A stretch of DNA of 64,000 nt. Origin: Amoebidium appalachense (lineage: Eukaryota; Protista; Ichthyosporea). Positions within the stretch are counted from its first letter, which is position 1, and each line of letters opens with the position of its first letter. Below, in pieces: positions 1 through 42,523 of this stretch. The notes beneath the pieces were generated by a model. It did not search any database, was not told where the DNA came from, and worked only from the letters and a program-made list of their open reading frames with translations. Location: assembly GCA_963693365.1 (NCBI GenBank), contig CAVNZM010000002.1:10017059-10081058 (forward strand), read 5' to 3'. The translations under genes were made by a program, and so were the position numbers.

Positions 1-307
1 GCGCCACGCTGAAGCACAACACCACGGCATCCACACTGCTGATATATGACAGCTGCCTCTCTGTCACATTGTCCGCCCATCGTGTATCCGCACCGCCCTT
101 CCCGGCCGAAATGCCCCCAATGTCTACCACCCTCAACTGAACTGGGTATCCCTCCAAATCAATTAGACGCGTGTGCACGTCTTCAATGGTTGCTTCACAC
201 TCTTCCAGAAAAATACCCTTTGCAAAACGATTTACGAGCGCCGTTTTGCCCACACCAGCACCACCTAGGACTGCAATGGTGTAGGACCGACACGGCTTAA
301 TCACCAT
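1..307 (-). CDS. Ras-family small GTPase, atypical; N-terminal part, continues past the window start
   Basis: Manual translation from ATG at 307: MVIKPCRSYTIAVLGGAGVGKTALVNRFAKGIFLEECEATIEDVHTRLIDLEGYPVQLRVVDIGGISAG...YISSVDAVVLCFSVA. P-loop GxxxxGKT, effector-like xTIED and a divergent G3 (DIGG). Absent from the ORF track because there is no stop in the window. Confidence 0.85.
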   Translation of the reverse strand, partial: MVIKPCRSYTIAVLGGAGVGKTALVNRFAKGIFLEECEATIEDVHTRLIDLEGYPVQLRVVDIGGISAGKGGADTRWADNVTERQLSYISSVDAVVLCFSVA

Positions 308-1829
308 TTTCCCACTATGTTATAACGGGTTGAAAAAACCCGTGCAATCCGAAACGGGGTGTAGTTTGTGGATGAAAAGCAAGTTGCCTGCCCACACCCA
401 AAGGCCTGCACTATTGTGGAATCATTTCTGAATGAAAACGGTGTTTGGCTGATTTTCGTGCAGCGAATTCACGGGAATAAAAAACTTAGTTGGTGGGTGT
501 GGTGTGTGCTTGTGAATGGTCGTATTCGAGGGGCTGTAACTTTTGTTGTGTGATATGTGTGTGCGTGTGCACGTGTGTTCGTGTTTGTTTTCGTGTTTGT
601 CTGGCACAGCGCAGCGTTCCACTGAGGCATCAAATTTTGCTTTGGGTGCTTTCTTCGCAAAAAAAAACTTGCCGACGGGTGTTTGCTTTCCATGTGAAGC
701 CTTTTTCTTACGGCTTTATGTCATAAACACCTTTGAGCTCACTACGATTGAATCGACCGAGGAAAACTTGTACTTCGTTTCTAACGCCCACGTTTCTACA
801 TGCACGGGTTTAGCTAGTTAGAAAACTACACAGAAAACATGTGTGTCTACTACCCATGGTCAACGCCTGAACGTGCCAAAACGTAACCCACTCTTCCTTC
901 CCACGCCACACACCCCGCATCTGATCTGCAAAAAGTGATCATTCGCTTCCTGTTTGGTTTACGGCTTTCGCCTGGCCCAACAAGTTCTAATAAAAACGGA
1001 TCAGCCTTCCGATTGGCTAATGCGAAATTCAAGGTAAGCCAATAGAATCAGCCAAATGGACATGTTGTAAATAAGGCCCATGAAGTCTCAACATAGAGCG
1101 ATGGGAACGGCTGCTATTCTTTCTATGACAGCGTGTAAACGGGCATATATAACACTGAGAGAATAAAAATAAATGCAATGGTTCCCCCTAAACCTCGATG
1201 AGAAGGTGTTTCTATGTTGCTACCTAAACTGAATCGATCTGCAGCACAGAGATTCATCTTTTGTTTGGCCACTTACTCCCCGTGACGTTTATCATCCATT
1301 GTATGTTCCCCTGAAAAGAAGATGATTGGACTGCCGGGCTTCCAAGATTTCTCAATTTTCATTGGGCGATCTATCCAAGAATTTCTCGCCACTAAAAATC
1401 CCCAGATGCGAAAATGCCAAGAGTCATGCGTGGCAAATTGGCAATGATGGCATATTCATGAAAATACTAAATATATTATTTTTCTGTTTCTTCACACACA
1501 CGCATGTGTCTTCTGAAAAATGCTGTGTTATCCAGGCAGTCAGAGCGCTTTTTAGCCCGAGTTCGCGTTAACTGAAGTGCACTACCACGGTAGCTGAAAA
1601 GCCATGAAGGGACCAAAAAAAAAGAGGAAAGGAAAGGACTCCTAGAAACAAGGAAGGTCAACATAAGCATCACTGTATACCGGAATGAGTGCGTGGTAAG
1701 ACTCTACAGTAACTCATCTACTGTGACAGCAACTTCGTGCATGATCACCCCGGAGTCAGAGATACATGTACACATGACGATCGGCACCGCAAAGACTCTC
1801 CCCTCTCCGATCGCGAGACGCCGGCCAGC

Positions 1830-1904
1830 TCGGAGGTGCCGATCGATATCGTGCCGTGGCGTGTGTGGTGCACGACCGTGTCACGGCACGATCGGCACCT
1901 CCGA
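1830..1904. repeat. GC-rich inverted repeat/hairpin
   Basis: TCGGAGGTGCCGATCG (1830-1845) is the exact reverse complement of 1889-1904. Inner ATCGTGCCGTG (1848-1858) pairs with 1882-1892. Confidence 0.8.
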
Positions 1905-3905
1905 CGGCCTCAGGCGTCAGTCCGACTCAGGCCGCCGTCCACGAAGAGCCTACAACATGTAACATGTAACTATTGTACATGCCGGGTCCTGTTTTGAATT
2001 TTGATTTACTGCTGAACGCTTCAAGCGCAATGTGGCCAGTGGTGTGGGGTTCCAAATTAAAGGACGCGGTACTAGCGTAGCGTGCACCCACATGTGCCCT
2101 GTAGGACGGTGCGTATACGTAACGGACAACCCTTCCAACCTTGTATCTAAATACGGCACATAACGCAGTCACGAATGATACCACGTGGTTCGAGATTTCG
2201 TCCTGGCCACATGGAAGTGTGGAAGCTTGTCGACATAAATGGATGGACGCTCTATCCAATGAATGCAATGGAATGCGGGGATTTCATTCCATACATCCCG
2301 ATTGGATAAATTTGGCCCGACTTGTTAACACTTGCAACTTGAAGCAACAAATAATAAGCCGGACTGCATACATAACTTACCTAAGAAAAGACAAGCTTTT
2401 ACTACAAGAAGAAACCTCTGCCGTTCATTAGTCACCTCTATATTTTTCATAGATTAGTCGAAAGGCGGTAGCCGCCCACCGACGTATGAACCGACCGTCA
2501 GTGCAACGGTTACGAAATACGAATACATGTACAGATGCCGCCAACAATTATTGAACATTAGCCACTCCTATTGGCTAATCCATTTAGTCACATTTTATCA
2601 GGTTTCCATATTAGGTTTACGCTCACGGATATTATTGGATGCCGTGTCCTGACCATATCTTCTGAACCAATCGCAGAGGCGCAATTTCAGATTCACGTGC
2701 TGTCAATAGCAGAGTCTGCCAAGATCGCACAGCCCACACACTGCACTGCTGCCTTGTTTTGTGTTTGTTTGGGCCCGGTTTCATCCTTCTGCATGTGCGA
2801 CTATGATACGGACCGCCTGTCATGAATAATGTACAATCAAGTTACATAGTTGAGGTGTTGCCTCGATCAGAGTCACTTTGCCTGACCGAGTCCTTTCACC
2901 TTGTGCTGTTAGTTGCAAACTGCAAAACACCCGCGCACGTGTGCGTGCCACTGGACATGGGTGACCACACATACACACACACGCTATGATACCTGCCTGC
3001 CTTTTTTCGAGCTCATGTTCGGAATTCTCCTTTCCTCTGACCAGGCCCGCATTTGCGTATAGTGGGCATATTCGGAGGCACATGGCACTCACGTCGCCAG
3101 GCCCCCACGCACACACTCACGCACACCACCACACCACCACACGCACACCGAGTAGCTGCCATGGCCACGCACACTACATATTGTGATCAATGCAGGATGG
3201 GTGTCTGCATGCACCCTATCTGAAGGGCACCAACGTCCAAGCACTAACCAACACATGCAACTCCGAGGCTTGTTTTCCGGCACACGTCGTTGGCGTTAGC
3301 ATGCACAATAGATAGACGGGCGGCATAGATAGATAGCATGGTGTCACTGATGGTGACCGTCCCGTAGAGAGAGACTTGTGTGAAATTTCGAATCTCTGTT
3401 CGTGTGAAATTTCACTTCTCTGTTGAAGAAGGTTTGCATGTGGACATGTGGGTAAGTGGGTGGTAGCAGCCTGCCCTCATGTCATAATGGCCAGGTCAAG
3501 TTCCCCTGAGTGGAAATAAAAATCTGTGGCGCCTGAATTAAGGTTAGCAGCTAGTGGATTTATTTTTTCGGAAGGGCCTTGGGTCGTTGTGTTTTAGCCA
3601 ACACAAATTTTGACGTGTAATTCATGCAATCATCCGTCACACAGAGTGTGATTTGAACACTGACGATATAATAAAATCTAGTTGTCTTCCTGTAAAACGG
3701 TCATTCGGGCAACTACAGCCTTGCCAACGGCCAAATCATATCCAAATAATAAAGTTACACACGTGCCGCACCATTGGCACCTGGTACACGCATCATAATC
3801 ACCGACACAAAATCTAATTTGTCCTTCACACAATTCTCACAAATTTCCCCACACTCAGACCGCCTACAAACTCACATGATCCTGCCGCACACGAAGGCGT
3901 GCGTG

Positions 3906-4002
<97 letters not shown>

Positions 4003-4310
4003 GTGCACGTGCGTGGACAAGAGGCTGTGATGAAATGCGGGTGAGCATAGTCAAGGGGAGGCAGGGTGGGGAGCAGTAGAACACAACCGACCATCTTCAA
4101 GACAAAAAAACCCCCCAAAGTGAGGGGGAAAAAAAAAAAAGAGGAAAAAAAAAAAAAAAGGAAAAAAAGAAAACCCACCAACAATCCCAAGTCAGATGAA
4201 TGCCCCCTGACTCAGTACCCGGCTTCCCATTAGCACACATCCATAATGGGTCCCACTTGCTGCACTCCCCCCCCCCCCCCCCGCCCCACACCGCCGCCCG
4301 CCTATTGTGC

Positions 4311-32302
<27,992 letters not shown>

Positions 32303-33222
32303 TAAAAAAGATACTTATACTTGCGCCTGTCGCAGCTCGAGGGATGAAGTGATCGAATGGCACCTAGCCACACCCACTTATGTATGACCAGAGAGCTAGC
32401 GGTCTAATGTTACTCGCCCGGCCCAAATGTTACTATTCTAAGTTTCTACACGTTAGAACTTTGCACCCAACCTTCGTTTAGAGCCGCTAATAAAAAAAAT
32501 GTCCGTGTAATAGGCAACTTCACTGCTGGTTTAAGACAAGGTGGCGATCAGCTGCAGTCTGGCTGGTAGCCCACGATGATCATTTCGAAAGTCCCTTTAT
32601 TACGTCGGCAATCATTTTGGCGCCAAAAATGGCTCACAAAACGAAAAAACAGAGCGGAGCCTCACACTCGGCAGTTGAGCATGGCCAGCACACAGCGATC
32701 GCACACTTGAACTGAAAGTGTCCCACTTTGCGGTAGCTCACAGAGCATTTACTTCAGAAGTTATCTGCCTGCCGAAATATGTGAAATAATCTTGTGCGGA
32801 CTTGCACACTGGTGTACAGTTAGTCTGAGCTACCTGCAAAGGGCAGACAGTGTTTATTCACGTGTGTAAGTTCGATTGAATCTGTTTTCCATCTGAAGAG
32901 CTTTTTCTTACGAAAGTGGTCTGTAATTTCGTAAGTTTCTTTTTCATGGAATTACTGCTGGTCTAGACCAAGGCTTTCTTGGTGCACACACAATTGAGCC
33001 CCTTTTACAAAGGGATACTTTTCTGTATTTTAAAAGGCTAGCTGTGCAACTACGAGGGATGCACTGCAAACTGTGCAAGCAGGAACCACAAGAGGTTAGA
33101 GCCTGGAAACCTGAGGGGGAGGGGGGGACCATGGAACCCAGCAAAACACACATTTCAACACCTCCCCTTCCGAAACAGGGAGTACTACGCAGCTTGAACT
33201 AGCTATATATACAAGTGTATGA

Positions 33223-33256
33223 AAAGCTCTTTGAAAAGCGGGTGTTTAAAAACACC
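33223..33256 (-). promoter_or_regulatory. Histone 3' stem-loop plus HDE-like element of H2B, displaced by a transposon insertion
   Basis: Minus strand reads GGTGTT-TTTA-AACACC (33256-33241), then CGCTTTTCAAAGAGC. The stem-loop is identical to those after H3 and H2A. Removing the insertion places it 40 nt after the H2B stop. Confidence 0.88.
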
Positions 33257-33258
33257 TA

Positions 33259-33266
33259 TTTTTCGG
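33259..33266. repeat. Left target-site duplication TTTTTCGG
   Basis: Identical 8-mer at 44263-44270. The match does not extend on either side. Confidence 0.85.
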
Positions 33267-34142
33267 GCCCGGGTACCATATCAGGAGCGGGCAATTTTTG
33301 AATTCTCCCTCCCCGGCCCCGCCGGGGAAAATTTGAGGTTTTTGGACCTCAAAGAAGTCAAATCCTGCAAAATCCACTACCGGGAGGCCAAAAAGGGTGA
33401 TTTTACAAAAAAGGAGGGACATACATGAAAAAGAGAAAATGGGCGAGTTCAGTGGGCTGCCGATAAGTATATTTCGTGCTGGGCCGGTATACATGCTGCC
33501 GTGGTTGTTGCTGTAGACGGCAGTATGGCATCGCATGTGTCACGTGACCTGCACGTGAATGCGACCATGTGCAGGCACTGAGTCTAGGGGGATTTGTATG
33601 TGTGTTTTGGAGCACCGACAAGGCAGAGCCAGGGTGAGGGATGTGTAAACATGGAGTTTAGGGAGATCGTGCTGCTATTGTAACATGTGCACAAAACAGC
33701 CACGTGCACCGGCACACTCCGGTGTACAGAACAATAATATGCACATGCTTCACTGTAATATCATGTATGCGCATGCCGCACAAGGTTTAGGAGACCACCA
33801 CAGTATATACTATTTTCTTTTGGTTGATATCCATGTAGGAATGGTGTGTTGCAGTTGTCATGATCAGCCTGAGGCAGGCACGTGCACTCACTGAATCACT
33901 AGAACTCATGAATAAAAAATACATTCGCTAAAAACGGCAAGGTAAATTTGGGGCCAAGCTATTATTTCCCCCTTTTAAACGTTTTTTTAGCTCCAAGAAC
34001 TTCGACGCCAAAATTTCTATATTTGGCCATCGTATATGATAATGAACACGTGTACTTAAATTAAAGTAGTTATATAAATATGAGCGGCCCGTTACAAATA
34101 CAGTGACGAAAAACAGTGACCCACGAGCAGTTTTTCTTTCTA

Positions 34143-34194
<52 letters not shown>

Positions 34195-34517
34195 ACACAC
34201 ACACCAGACACACACACCACCACCACGGTGACCACCACCACCACCACCACCACCACTCACCCCTTAAAAAAACCACACACATACGTGCACGTGTACACAC
34301 ACACACAGAACACCACCACCACCTCCACTGGACCCCATTTCCTCGTTGTTTTCTTAAGCCTTCAGACCAGTCCTGCACACTGGAGTTAAACAATTGAATT
34401 CACCTAGGCTGACATGCATCCACCCCCGCCTTCCACTTCCCTCCCCCCCACCCCCACCCCCCACCCCCCCCCCACCCCCACCCCCTCCCCCTCGATGAAG
34501 AAGGGCCCCCGTAAGCC

Positions 34518-34555
<38 letters not shown>

Positions 34556-35527
34556 GAGGGGGAGAGGGGGGAGCTCTTGAGCCTCCGGGTAGGGAAGTGG
34601 GGTCCGGGGATCCGGAGAGGAGGGGGGGGGGGGGGGGGGGGGGAGAGGGGCATATAATATTGGGCCTAGATATCATAGTATGGGGCCCCGGGGGAGGGGA
34701 GAGGTGGGGGGGGGAGGGGGGAGGATCCACGGGAAAGACCTTTAGGTGCATGTTCTTATTTATACCCCCTTCGAATCATCCCCCCTCTCCCCCCCCCTCC
34801 CCCCCCCTGAGTGCAGGCCGTGACGTAGCTACGATAACCCTGCAGAAGGCAACAAAAATGTATTAATTACTAGCACTATACATGTGTTCATAGTGCAGCT
34901 TGCACCACGTATGATCTCAGCAACTTTAAAGTAGTCACAAAGTTTAGTTATTTTCATTATTTTCATTGCTCTGAACTCTATTACTCTGAAATGATCACCG
35001 TGCATGTACCGCAAGATAACAACCCTATATGTGTGCAGCTGCTGCCTGCAGGTTAGACTCGCTGAAAAGACAATTGTCAGTGTGCATCCGACGCTTGCAG
35101 CTGCAGCTAGCCTCTGCAACATTAATACTTGCCAAGTGAATGCTCTTACACTTGATCATCATTCACTCAAAAAACCGAGGACCGACAGATTAAATATTAA
35201 TGTCGATCCGAATGATCAGCAAGTGTCTATGCGTACTACTATATATACACACACGTAAAATGCGAAGCTATCAGTTACAAGGCACACCTGCTGCACTGGC
35301 ACACATACACATACACACCGGCAGATCGATGCTGTCAAAATTTACTTTCATGTACTTCGTAGGTCCGACACAGGTGCACATGAACACGTACATATGTACA
35401 AGCCGCGCACACACCACACCACACATACACACACACACACACACACTCACACACACACACGCACACACGCACACACGCACACACGCACGCACGCACGCAC
35501 ACACACACACACACGCACGCACGCGCG

Positions 35528-35607
<80 letters not shown>

Positions 35608-36038
35608 GACACACACACACACACACACATCACTGGGTGCGCTCGCTGGGGATTAGTTTTTTGGCACGCTGTTGACTTTATCGTGTGTTTATTATTTGCT
35701 ATTTATTGGCCAGCGGCCAACATTTAAAAATATACTATATACCTAAAAATAGATACTGACTACGGCCAGCAGACATTATACACCTTCCAGGACACATTAA
35801 CACCAATAGTCTAACACACCATACTCTCGATCACAAAGAATTCCTAACAAACAGAGAAAAGTGCAAAGGCTCTGTACTATTACTCAGATTCTAAATTTTA
35901 ATTCTTTACAGTAAACTTCGGAATGAAAGCTAGCCCCCCCCCCCCCCCCTCCCCCCTAACATGACTGTACGAAGAACAGGTATAACTTGAAGCACTACAA
36001 CACATATGAGATCCGTTACATTGGTGTACATTCCAATA

Positions 36039-37708
36039 TTAGACACTAGTTTGGCTACTCTGACTACTCTGAGATCCTGATTGGCTGCCTGCAGACTTGC
36101 GGCCACGATTACTTTGCTTTCGATCGTGCCATTGCAGCTGCGTCTCTCCAGCAGGTGGCAACGCCAGGCCCAGCACAGCAGATGCACGAGAAGGGGGTGG
36201 GAACTGCCCACCAGCCGAGGGCTGGCCCACATGGCCCAAGTAAGGATGGGGACCGTGCTGCGGCAGTAGCCCAGGCATGGGGAAGGCAGGGCCGGGCTGA
36301 GGCGGCATGATGCCCCACGGTGGGGGCCAGCCATGTGGGTGGTGCGGGCCTGGATGGGGTGCAGGGGGCATGTGCGGCACATGGCCCTGCTGCATGTCAA
36401 GCGCGGGTGCTGGTGGCATGGCATCCTGATTGGCTGCAACCCAACGTGGGCAGCTCTTGGCCCGATTGGAGCCGGGGCAGCCCTTGCCCTGGCGGCCACA
36501 CGTCTTGCAGGTCTTGGGGGCTCTCTGGGGTGGCTGCATAGGAGGGGGCACCGGCAAATCCATCTGCAGGGGCCCCTCAGGGCCAATGTTGCGATGCTTT
36601 TTGCCCACTAGCATGGGCAAGGGCCGCTCACGCTGCGCCCCTGCATCGACACCGTCTGGAACAGGGAGGGGTGGCAAGGGGGCAGGCCGTATGGTTGCTG
36701 GCACAGCGTCTGCCCTCTCCTCGCGCATACGCTTGCGGTGATCTGCCAGGCCCTCGTGTGTGGAGCGCTGTGCATGTGCCGTCTGCCAGGTCTTCCACTT
36801 GTCGAAATGCTTCTTGATGTAGGCCGCATCCTTCATGTAGATTCCCCCAGCCACAGAGGCAGCCTTGTTGAAGTCTTGGGCCAAAGCCTCGAACAGCTGG
36901 CCGTTGGGCTTTGCATGTGCCTTGTAGGTGCCCAGGAGCAGCGTGCTGAATAGCTTGCGCTCCTGAGGGGTAAGCACCGGAAGGAAGGGGATGGCCACAT
37001 GTTGCTTCTGCGCCAGGAACTTGTAGTCGCCCCTCAGTGCAGGGTCCGGCTGTGGTGCACCACGCGCCACCTGGTTGCCCCCCCCCATGGCAGCACCGTC
37101 ACCCTCCTCGACCTCACAGTCCTCTGGCCCGCCCATCACGCCATTGGCTGCAGGCTCGATGTTATCAGACGGAGGTGGGGGTGCGGGCACCGCAACTGGC
37201 TCCTGCGCCGGGGCATTGGCCACACAGGAGAGCGGGGCAAAGTTGAAGTACTCCTCCGGTAGCTTGTAGCAGCCTACGGGTACCCACTGGGGGTCGAGGT
37301 GATGGCCGTACAGCATCAGCGCCAGTGCCTCCATGTCGTCAACAATCCAGGGGCTGTAGTGGGGGGGCCCCGATGCCTGGCCCAGGCGGTTGCGGTAGTG
37401 TGCACGCAGGTTGTGGCGGTGGCGCCTATTGGACATGGTGGCGTCCAGCAGGCGCAGCGACATGCGTGTGGCCCCAAAGTGGGTGGCCAGGGGGTTGTGC
37501 ACTGCCCCCTCCACCTCGTTGGTGCCCCGGATGCAGCGGTAGCGCATGAGCCCATCTGCGTCGGCAGTGGTCTCGTAGTAGAGGGGCAGGCCGGGGGGGG
37601 TCCGACAGACAGCCATTTTGGGCGTGTTCGAGCAGCGACTGTGGGGGCACAAGCAAACATCAGAGAGATGGGTGGGTGGTGGTGGTGGTAGTGTGTGTGT
37701 ATGTGTGT

Positions 37709-37756
<48 letters not shown>

Positions 37757-37828
37757 TGGGGTTGCTAAGGAAAAAAACGAGCAGGGAAAGGCAAAAAACA
37801 ACTGGCTAGGCAGCAAGGGCCGTGCGGG

Positions 37829-37904
<76 letters not shown>

Positions 37905-38478
37905 ATGTTTGGGGGGGGGGGGGGGGGGGGGGGGGGGAGGCTAGGGTGTGCGTGTGTGTGCAGATGAACCAAGGATGACAAATAAGCGAAGAATCTTTTC
38001 TGTGGTGGTGGAGTTGTTGGGCGCCTGCAGGGGAGGGGGGGGGGGGGGGGGGGGATGTTGCCTCGAGTCTTTCAAAGCCATCCTTCTTGAACAGAGGCTT
38101 GCCATCCGGTCCGGGCGGCACATCCTTGTAGGTGTTTTTGAACTCCACCAGCCGCGAGACCAGCGTGTATGGGTCGGGAATAACCCGCCGGATGCGCTCC
38201 ATGAAGTAGCTCAGGTCGCCGCCCTTGAGCTCGGTTTCAATGTCGATGCCCTTCTGCTCCAGCACCCCCTGTGAGGCAGGATGCCAATATTAATTTACTA
38301 CGCACACTGCAATTTGGGTTTGGTAGACTTTGATACCTGCCGTTATTGTAGGACCCCTCCCCTCCACCCCCCCCATCTTCTCCCCCAACACAAGTAAAAA
38401 ATGCATGTGGCTCTTTCCCCCCACAACCCTACATTATTTCTCTCTAGGCATATGAATAACCCCCACTCTCCCCCCCCC

Positions 38479-38509
<31 letters not shown>

Positions 38510-39659
38510 TTGCCCCCCTCTCTCTGAGGCTCAGGCTCTCTCTCTTCCCTCAGAAGTTTTGTCGAAGGTGTGCATGGTTGTGGGTGGAATGGTGAGTGTG
38601 TGCTAACGAGTGTATGTGTGTGTGCGCGTCAGTCACGCATGTTGTTGTTGCCGTTTTTTTTATTTTTATTTTTTATTTTTTATTTTGGGGGGGGGGGGGG
38701 AGGGGGGGGCACCTTCACATGTCCGTAATCCTCTTCATTCCACACAAATATTGCCTCGCTGAGTGCGCGTGCGTACTCAGCCCTGCGGGGGTGTGACTTG
38801 TACGTGCCGTCCGCCGTGTTTGCAATGGAGTGGAAGGCGTCATTCAGCACAGTCTGCCACACCACCTCCCCAGGCGGTGCCTGGCCCAACATGCCCTCTC
38901 TGGGAGCTGCCTCGGGTCCCCCTGGGGCTGCCTCAAGGCCCCCCGGGGCTGCCTGGGGGTCCTGGGGGGGTGCCTGTGGGCCGGCAAGGGGTTGCTGCTG
39001 CTCGGCAGGGGGAGGGGCTGGGTCAGGGACCACCGGCACCTCGGCACCTGGGTCCGGTGGGGGCTGAATGGGCCGTAGCCACTGCAGGTGCACCATCAGC
39101 TCAAAGGGCGGCGGGCCCAGCTCTCCCAGGGTCTTGCCCTTGTCGGGGCCAAAGGGCACCTGCATGGCCGGCGACAGCACCTGATCCACCCGCACCACTG
39201 CATGCTTCTTGCCCACCTTCATGCCCCCCCAGCGCTCCGGCTGCACAGCCAGCACCACCCCGGTGGCTGCTGCAGCATGTGGGCCCCGCCGGGGCACAAT
39301 CTCAACCCCTTCACCGAGTGCCTTTGCATGAAGCCGCGCTGCATGTCATAGAGGGAAGCAAAAAACTCAGCCAAAAAGCCACAGCACCAACGTTTTTCTC
39401 TTCGCTCCACAAAAATCAAATGCATATTCCTTAGCAACCCCCTTCCCCCCCCCCCCCCCCCCCCCCCCCTTCTCCCTCCCCCCCCCCCCTCTCCCAGTGC
39501 CCAGCTTGTGTGGCACTTGCACGTGTTAACAGTGCTATAGCCCCCCCCCCCCCCCCCCCCCCCCCCCCCCACCACCACCACCACCAATCACCCCCTCCTT
39601 TGATAGCCACCCGACACCCAGCATAACACAACTGGAACACTGGCCCATGTGGTCAGCCA

Positions 39660-39691
<32 letters not shown>

Positions 39692-41188
39692 CCCCTCCCC
39701 CCTCCCCCTCTCCTCTGGGGGGCCCACAATCTTTCTATATCTGGCATAAGCACATAAGCACTGGGGCAAAAAGCAGGTGGGATACACACCTGACAGGTTT
39801 GGCCTATCGACCACGGCCGAGTAGACCTGCAGGGACGCATATGCATCAAGGGCAGCGTAGGTGGCCTGCACCTCTGATAGCGGCTCGTGCCAGTTGGAGC
39901 ATCGAACAAGTGCCGGCTTGGGCAGCTTCTTGCCTATGACCTGGGCAGTGATGTCGGCCAAGCCCCGGGCCGCAGAGGTGATAGCTGCACGGGCATAGCA
40001 GAACCGGCCCAGCTCCAGATAGCTGGCCACAGGGGTGCCGTAGTCCTTGTTGAGGTGGGCCGAGTCCGTGCCGATCTGCTTGCCCACCTTGATGATGCTG
40101 GGGTCCCTAAGCAGCGCAATCAGCTCGTCCACCAGCCGCGCGGGCGGGCTGTGGTTGGGGCCCATGCGTGCCAAGTGGAAGATGTACACGGCCCGTGCGG
40201 TGGCAATCTGCAGCGTGCAAACCTTGGACCGCGCCTGGCCCACCCGATAGACCCACTCGCAGTCCAGCCCCACCACGCGGTGCTGCTGCCCCTCCAGGTC
40301 GGCACGAATGGCCGCTGTAGCCACCACCGCCCCCTGGCAGTCGGTGTACACCGGCTTAGGGTAGTTGGCCGGCAGCTCCAGCCCAGGCAGACCGTCCGTC
40401 ACGCTTACCAGCGCAGCCTCGTTCAGACGGACGGGGCATTTTGGCCGGGCTAGGGTTGGAAACATGCGCTCAACAAACGCCCGGTCTTGGCAGCACCGAT
40501 CTGTGTAGAAGAAGGCCGGGCCCTTGCTGTTGAGCGCCGCCGTGGTGGCAGAGATGCGCTGGATCACGGGCTCAATCTCCTGGTGGCTGCAGTCCCGTGT
40601 AAATACCTGCGCCCGGATCTCTGGGGTGCCGCACTGTGTGAGAGGGCATCTCCGAGCAGCCATGCATGTTCTAGCTTCCCTTACCACATGGCCCTTCACG
40701 AGACTTCAGTGCCCACACAATCCTTTCCCCCTCCCTCCCCCCAAACCCATGTGCCCACATACTTTCCCCTCCCTCTCCCCCAAAACCCTTCCCCCTCCTT
40801 CCCCCCAAACCCATGTGCCCACATACTTTCCCCAGGCCTCCCTTTCCCCCAAAATCTTCCCCCCCCCCCTCCCCCTAAACCCATGTACCTACAATCCTTC
40901 CCCCTTCCTCCCCCTAAACCCTTGTGATCACAATCCTTTCCCCCTCTCTGCCTTCCCCCCAAACCCATGTGCCCACGATCCTTCCCCACTCCCCCTCCCC
41001 CCAAACCATGGGACAGCCCTCCATATGGCACCTACTGTCCCCCCCCCCCCCCCCCCCACCCCACCCCGGGCCTCTTGCCCTCTCTACCTTCAACCCCGAC
41101 GGTGGTGTCTCCCCCCCCCCCCCCCCCCCCCCCCCCCTGCATCCCTTGCAATCACTGGCCCCTACTCCCATTCTGCTTGGCAGAAGCT

Positions 41189-41236
<48 letters not shown>

Positions 41237-41472
41237 ATTCCCCGCCAAAAGAAAGCTCCACCCCAGCCCACCCCAATCTCTACCCAGCAAAAACACATAC
41301 ACACATATCTGGAGCTTCCTAGTTTTTGCTCGACAGGGCAAGAATTGTCCCCAAAACCCACATACTACAAACCTCTACTCACAGTGTGCCACCTCATTAA
41401 ATGTGGAGCCTAAGAGATTTAAAGGCCCTAGAGGGGGGAGGGGGGGAGGGGGGGGGGGGAGGGGGGGCGTGT

Positions 41473-41503
<31 letters not shown>

Positions 41504-41931
41504 GCGTGTGTGGGGGGGGGGGGAGGGGGGAAGGGGGCCTGGGGGGAGAGTGGGGGGAGGGGGGAGAAGAGGAGGGACCACACACCGCCAAGCTCGTTTA
41601 CACAAGTCCATAGGCCTCGGTACAGAGGCTCCCCATTGATGCCGGTGAGCTTCCCAATTTGGAAGGTGTGGTCGGCCTTGAGCACGTTGTTTACGGGCTT
41701 GAGCTGCGTGTCCAGGCTCTGGTACTTTGCCGTGCGGTCGCTGAACTCAGTATACACGGCACTCAGGTATTTGCCTGAACCCCAAGTACTGTTAGAACTC
41801 CACCACCCTCCCATCAGGACCATCCCCCCCATTCCCTCTAGTCCCTCGTGTTCATCTCACCTCTCTGTATTTTCGTAAGTCTGTATGGCTTTTCCCATCT
41901 CAAAAACGCTACACACCCATCTCCGGCCGTT

Positions 41932-41971
<40 letters not shown>

Positions 41972-42149
41972 CCCCGCCTCCCCGGCGCGCGCAAACCCTC
42001 CAAGTCATTGCACCAACTTTCACCTTCTTTCCCCTTTGTGCCCCATCTGCAGTTTGTCCCCTGCACGTCCGTTTGCCCTTCCCCCCACACCCTCCTGCCA
42101 CTACTATAATAACCATTAAGTACCGCCACCAAGATCCAGTCTACCACCA

Positions 42150-42200
<51 letters not shown>

Positions 42201-42349
42201 CTCTCCACCTCCTTTCCCCCAACACACACAGACACACATGCGCACACCCACCATCTAATTTCAGGCATAACAGTTCTCCACGATTTCCCAAGCACACTCA
42301 CTGGTACATGGACCGTTATGCTTTCACCCCTCTGATGATCCCTCTGCCC

Positions 42350-42383
<34 letters not shown>

Positions 42384-42457
42384 ACCACCACCACCACCAC
42401 CACCACCACCATGACTGATTGCCACCACCACCACCTAATCCATCACCATGTCCCCCC

Positions 42458-42523
<66 letters not shown>

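Noticed and set aside
3445-3520. tRNA/SINE-like stretch
   Set aside because: Only a loose B-box resemblance. I could not fold a cloverleaf.
32400-33240. U7 snRNA gene near the displaced stem-loop
   Set aside because: No anti-HDE plus Sm-like site plus hairpin arrangement found by eye.
39790-40620. Stand-alone WRN/EXD-type exonuclease gene
   Set aside because: The exon splices in frame to transposase exons on both sides and lies inside the TSD-bounded element.
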